The notes under the pieces: generated by a model | Databases searched by the model: none | What the model was told of the DNA's origin: nothing | The model's input: the letters and a program-made list of their open reading frames with translations, nothing else | From: Monocercomonoides exilis PA203 | Taxonomy: Eukaryota > Protista > Preaxostyla | Assembly: GCA_001643675.2 (NCBI GenBank) | Contig: LSRY02000015.1 | Location: forward strand, 1,302,001 to 1,366,000 | DNA: 64,000 nucleotides | Reading direction: 5' to 3' | Translations under genes and position numbers: made by a program | Shown: positions 58,877 to 64,000 of the stretch, piece by piece | How the letters are laid out: each line of letters starts with the position of its first letter | How positions within the stretch are numbered: the first letter of the stretch is position 1

Positions 58877-61817
58877 ATGTCACTTTCTTCAAATTCATCT
58901 TTATACATGGTTGACGCAAAAGAAAGATCTTCAAATGGTATACTTGTTTCAAAGTTAGTAACATTTGAAATAAATTGCCACGGAACAAAACAGATAAGAC
59001 CACTTCAAGTTGAATTAAAAACGATAAATAATGCGAGCAATAGACAAACAAAACATTTAATACAACTGAAAGACAGCGAAGACTTCGAATTTCTTTATAT
59101 TCTTGAAATATGCGAAGCAGATTTTCCTCAATTGAGGGATGCACTTCACCTTACATCTTCATTTCATGCATTTCCTGAAGATTTTTCCAAAGATTTGGAT
59201 GGAATACCAGAAGAGAAAATTGCATCACTTCAAATTAATCATTCAGGGTCAGAGGCTGAGTTTTTACTGACACAGCCTCATATGCATCACACATTCACTC
59301 TTTGGCATTTCACATTCATCCGACCAAGCGATAGACAAATAATTGAATATCTGAAATCACAAGTTAGCACATGGAAAACAAAAGAAATTGCACTTGAAGA
59401 AGAATGCAAAGATCAGTCTGAAGAGATATCGAGTTTAAAGAATCAGGTTGCATCAATAGAAAAGGATTTGATAACGATGGACTCTTCATTGAAAGCAGAA
59501 TTATCAGAAATGCGAGGGAAACACACAAATGAAATTTCAGAAATGATGATACAACATTCAAAAGAAAAGACAGAAATTGAGACCGAATATCAGAATCAAG
59601 TGAAAGAATTGCGTGACAAACAAGTTGAACTTCAAACTGAAATAATGCACCTCTCTTCATCTTTAACCACATCAAAAAATCGAGAACAACAGCTCTCTAC
59701 AGAATTAGATGCGCATAGAAATTCTCTTCAGTCCACAGAACTTCATAGCAGCGAGTACAAGGAAGAATTGCAAGAAACAAAGACAGAATTATCAGATTTG
59801 AAAGCTGCACATAGCGCACTGTTGGAAAGGTGTCATTCACTGGAAGAACAGATTAAAGACAGGGCTTCCCGCCTTGAAGAGAACCAACAGAAATTTACAT
59901 TGATGCAAACTCGTATTAGCGAGAATGAAGGTTCAATAAATGAATTGAAGAAAACAATAAATAAGTTAAAGCGAATAAACAAACTTCAAGCTGAAGAGAT
60001 CAACAAAGGAAACAAAAACATCGAAGATTATGGAGAAGAAAGAAAGAAGATTCTTGAAGCAATGAACGCGATTCAAGCTCAGGGAGAAGAATTAAACAAT
60101 CAAAATCAATCGCTTCATACAGAAATTGAAGAAAAATCGAAAAAAGTTTGTTTCATGCATTTTGGCAAAGAGCTACCAACGGAATTATAATCTCCGAATA
60201 TTTTTATAATCCAATTCTATTTTTAAATTCTGTCATCATTATTAACTTTATATTTTATGCATTTATTTCTATACATTATAATTTTTTTTTTTCATTCAAA
60301 AAACATTTGTATTCTCCATTATTAAGATAAAAAATTTGGTAGAATCACTGGAGCATGCCAACAAGATGATAGATACAGAAAAGGAAGAATCAGCGAAATT
60401 GAAAAAGCAACGCGATGAACTTGAGACAACATGCAAAACACTAACCAAAGCGAATGAACGTCTTAGCAGGCAATTAAGCGATATCCAGCTCAGAAAGCGC
60501 GACGAATCATTTCACTCCTCTTTTGTGTCCAATTCTGCGCCTCTTCCATTTCGACCAAGTTCTTCTTCTCTTTCGTCGACTCTGTCTCGCTCTCCTTTGC
60601 CCACATCTTCTCTCACAAGCTCATCTCTTTCTTCTTCATCCACTTCAACCTCTTCTGCTGCCCCAGCATCTGCATCGCTGTATATGCCAACAGATTCGAC
60701 TCCCATTCCAGACATCATCTCCTTTGCTGCTTCGCTGCCATTCCGCACATCTCACTTGAATCTTTCTCGCTCTCAATCACAATTCACACCTTCTACTCCT
60801 TCTGTTCCTGCTGCTTCATCAACCATATCTGCGGCTCCGAAGCCAGCATCTCCATCTCGAAGCTTATCCACTGCACAGAAAAACCTACTTTCTTCTATTT
60901 CCCAAAATCCTTTTAATGTATCGTTATCTCTTCCATCTTCGTCGAAGCTAACATCTTCGACCTTGCCTTCAACATCTCCTTCTTTGCCTTTATCTTTGAA
61001 TCCTTCGTCAAATCAATCAACAAATTTATCTTCAAGCATCCCCTCAAACCCTTCTTCTAACTCTTCGCTGCCTTCAACAACGATATCAGCAAACACATCA
61101 GCAAACTCATCTGAACAAAAAACAGAAGAAAAAAACATTGAATCAGCATTGTCTCGTTTACAAGATGTTCCACGTAAAGTTGAACCAAATTCTTCAATAG
61201 AAACTACTCCATCTTCTGTTATCACTCTTTCATCGCTCACTCGTCCTGCTTCGCCTAAATCCTCCATAATCTTCACTGAAAGCGACATTTTTTCTCCGTC
61301 TCACGAAACACCCGAGAACCCTGGGAATGACTTGTCTCTTTCACGGCTTGTTTCATCGACTTCTTCGACTTCCAAATATGATCCTCAGTCTTCTTTTCAA
61401 TCTTCGTTCCTCACTTCCCTTCCGTTGACACAGTCTTATTTGCAGAATCACAAGCCCATTCCTCAGCAGCTTGATGTGTCTTCGACTCCTCACATTCCGC
61501 CTCTGCCTTCTTCTTCGCCCTCTTCTGGCTCAACGCAGCAGTCTGGCCGTGCATCTCTTTTCCCTTCTTCTTACACGAGATCAGATGAGCTAACGCCTGC
61601 TGCTTCCTCATTTTTATCTGCAGCATCACCGTCAATTGTAACCACTCCCAAAGAAAGCAACCCTCCTTCGCTGTCTTTGTTGAGCGGGCAAAACTCAACT
61701 GTATCTCAGTCACAAGATGCTTCCTCAACTTCAGATTCCAAAGTGACCAATGTTTCAAGGCCTCCTTTCGCCCCTCGTAGATCTCGTCTTCATGGAAAAT
61801 ACAGTTCTGTCACTTGA
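58877..61817 (+). CDS. SAS6: Centriolar cartwheel protein SAS-6 family (head domain, long coiled coil, Ser/Pro-rich tail); 2 exons
   Basis: LIQLKDSEDFEFLYILEICEADFPQLRDALHLTSSFHAFPEDF matches the PISA motif (LTD-x-x-DPFFLY-x-L-x-I-x-E-x-DF-x-x-LK...F-x-x-FP). SDRQIIEYL leads into a ~300-aa coiled coil. In-frame intron 60146-60326. Confidence 0.8.
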
Positions 61818-62151
61818 ATCTGTTTATCCTCCACAACTTTACAATATTATTTTATTTTACTCAAAGCATTTTTTTTTTAAAAAAAAAACACTTTTAATAA
61901 GATATATTTTTGAATGCCCAAACTTGTTTCTTGATTTCTGAAATTAAAAGTTGCCGAAGGCATAAATGCAGATATTAAAACATCTAAAACTTTCGGAATA
62001 AATCTTCATTATGAATTGTTGTGAAAAAGGATGTTTCAATAAGAATTTTTGAAAAAATAAATTATTAAGGTATGAAATATTCAAATTTTTAAAAAATAAA
62101 TTCTAGATTTTGCAGTAAAAAGGCTAGAATTAAAAAGTTTAGGAAAAGAGA

Positions 62152-64000
62152 ATGGAAGGACCAATGGTTTTGAATAAAAATATAAGTTCTTTGTGACTCA
62201 CTGTTTATATTTATGTTTTTCATTTTTTCGTAATTTGATTAGGATCTTCTAAGCAGGCTGACATCATTTGTTGAATGTGGCAGAAATGAAAGAACACAAA
62301 ATGCAATTGCTTTATTTTCATCATTGATGGAAAGTATTTTTTATGCTTCCCTTTGAACGAATCTTTTAGTATTTTTGACTTTTAGAGCTTGTTTCCAATG
62401 AGACTTACAACTTTAATAGTTTCTTATCCTTTCTTATCAATTATATTTTGAAGTCAAGCGACTTACAGATTCGGGTGTGATTTTTTTGATTTTTTCAAAA
62501 TAGAAAATTTAATTACATTCGAATTTGTCGGACCAAAGCGATTGCTAGAATCAATTTTGCATATGATCGTTTTGCTTCAGTTTCCTCGCCAATGTGATAA
62601 AACAGAAGACTCATTATTATTTTCTGTTTACTTGTTGACCAAATCAAATGAAGCGGCTTTTCAAAAATTTGGATTGAAGTTGCTTTCTCAAATATTCCAA
62701 TCACCAGATTCATTAGATCCTCAAATTTTGATGCAATCACCTCTTTTGTTCTCACTTCCTCTGGTTTTAAAGTCTTTTTCTATTTCTGAAACAGAGAAAT
62801 GCGATGTCGTAGATGTTATAGAACAAATTGTAAAAAGCGGAGTAACTTCAAAGAAAATCTTGATGCTCAAAGCAGAAATACAATCTACAGCAGAGATGAT
62901 TGACGTTGTTGAGAAAGACATCGAAAATATTGAAGACCATACAAAAGATTTACGTCTTGAAGATGATCAAGCAAGTATATCAATAAAGATGAAAGAGGAG
63001 GCGACATTTCGAACTCCACAAGAAAGACATGCCAAATTTGCATCCACTCAGAAAATACAACGAAAATCTCGAGAAGTTCAATTTGACGGGGAATTTGGTG
63101 ATCAATTTAGCAAAACACAGATCCATCCAATCAAAAAAGCAGGTGAAGACAGAATGGGCATGCCATTTGCCGAGAGAGTTAATGACAAGAGCAAAATGAG
63201 AAGATCTAGTTCATCAAAATATCCTGAGTTTGATTCAACAGTCCCAGAAAATAACGTTTCTTCCTTCGTCACTTCTGAGTTTAATCCTTCTAATGCATTA
63301 ACTGCAACTGACTTTAATGAAACAGAGTTTATTTCAGACACTCAAAAATCTTTGCTTAATTCAAGTTTTGAAAGAGAAGAAGACAGATTGAAATCAGAGC
63401 AAGATTTTGACGAATTGAGCGAAGATGAGACTTATCCTCTTGAATACACTTCGAAGGATGAGACAAATTATTCAAATGTTTCTTCACAAAATCGACAAAG
63501 CATCCCGGCAAACAAGACAATAGCTGTATTTACTCGCAACGCAGATAGAAAAGAAAAAAATGATCAGTCAAAAGATGTAAAAGGCGAGTATTTAGTCGAG
63601 AAAAAGAATTCCAGAACATTAAATTTTCCTTCGCATGAGAATGAATGGAAAAAGACGAAAATTCTAAAGAAACCAACAGAAAGTGAAATTAACAAAGAAG
63701 CATATCAAGAAAATTATTTCGATAAATTGGATTTTGAGACCGAAGAGAGTCAGACGAAATTAAGAGAGGATTATGAACAAGATTATAATTATTCTGGAAA
63801 GGAGGCTTCGGCCGAGGAGCTTTTAAGATCTGCAGATGTACTTCTATCGGAAGCAGAAAACGAAAAGAATGATGAAGACTTTCGAGAAGAAATTGTAGAT
63901 TATTCAGATGTTACCTATGGAAGATCAATGAGAGACGAACATGCAATTGGATTAGATGATTCAATTGCAAATACAATGAAAGAATCGAAAACTGTAAAGC
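62152..64000 (+). CDS. Hypothetical protein (helical N-terminus, then charged low-complexity region), runs off the right edge
   Basis: Open frame from the acceptor at ~62503 to the edge (NLITFEFVGPKRLLESILHMIVLLQF...IEQIVKSG...). Small upstream exons from ATG 62152 are tentative. Confidence 0.6.

Overview
AT-rich, intron-rich eukaryotic genomic DNA with short GT-AG introns and the standard genetic code. The Ser-rich low-complexity ORFs, giant beta-helix surface proteins and the 'YHQEHRNLTRLAYQSAWQFL' multicopy family suggest an oxymonad such as Monocercomonoides; this is recalled resemblance, not a search result. About 15 genes can be reconstructed: the 5' end of a secreted/surface protein, BUD23, an LCAT3/4-like phospholipase with a very large internal insertion, a CFAP68/107-like ciliary protein head-to-head with a tandem cNMP-binding protein, a giant Ser-rich RRM protein, a coiled-coil/UBA protein, a divergent eIF2-beta, two paralogous vWA-coiled coil-TM-beta-helix 'spike' genes, a small membrane protein, a lineage-specific helical-repeat gene, a 2903-aa beta-helix surface protein, a divergent SAS-6 and a partial gene at the right edge. 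An IQCH-like pseudogene is also present. The standout structure is the tail-to-tail vWA-spike pair (27052-33363 + and 33914-42041 -). The two genes are otherwise highly diverged but share one identical, in-frame 321-bp block (32251-32571 / 34734-35054). These inverted copies bracket a 2162-bp segment holding both C-termini, the geometry of an invertible tip-swapping locus. Non-coding DNA holds several foldback/MITE-like elements, one ending about 12 bp before the ATG of the 2903-aa surface-protein gene.
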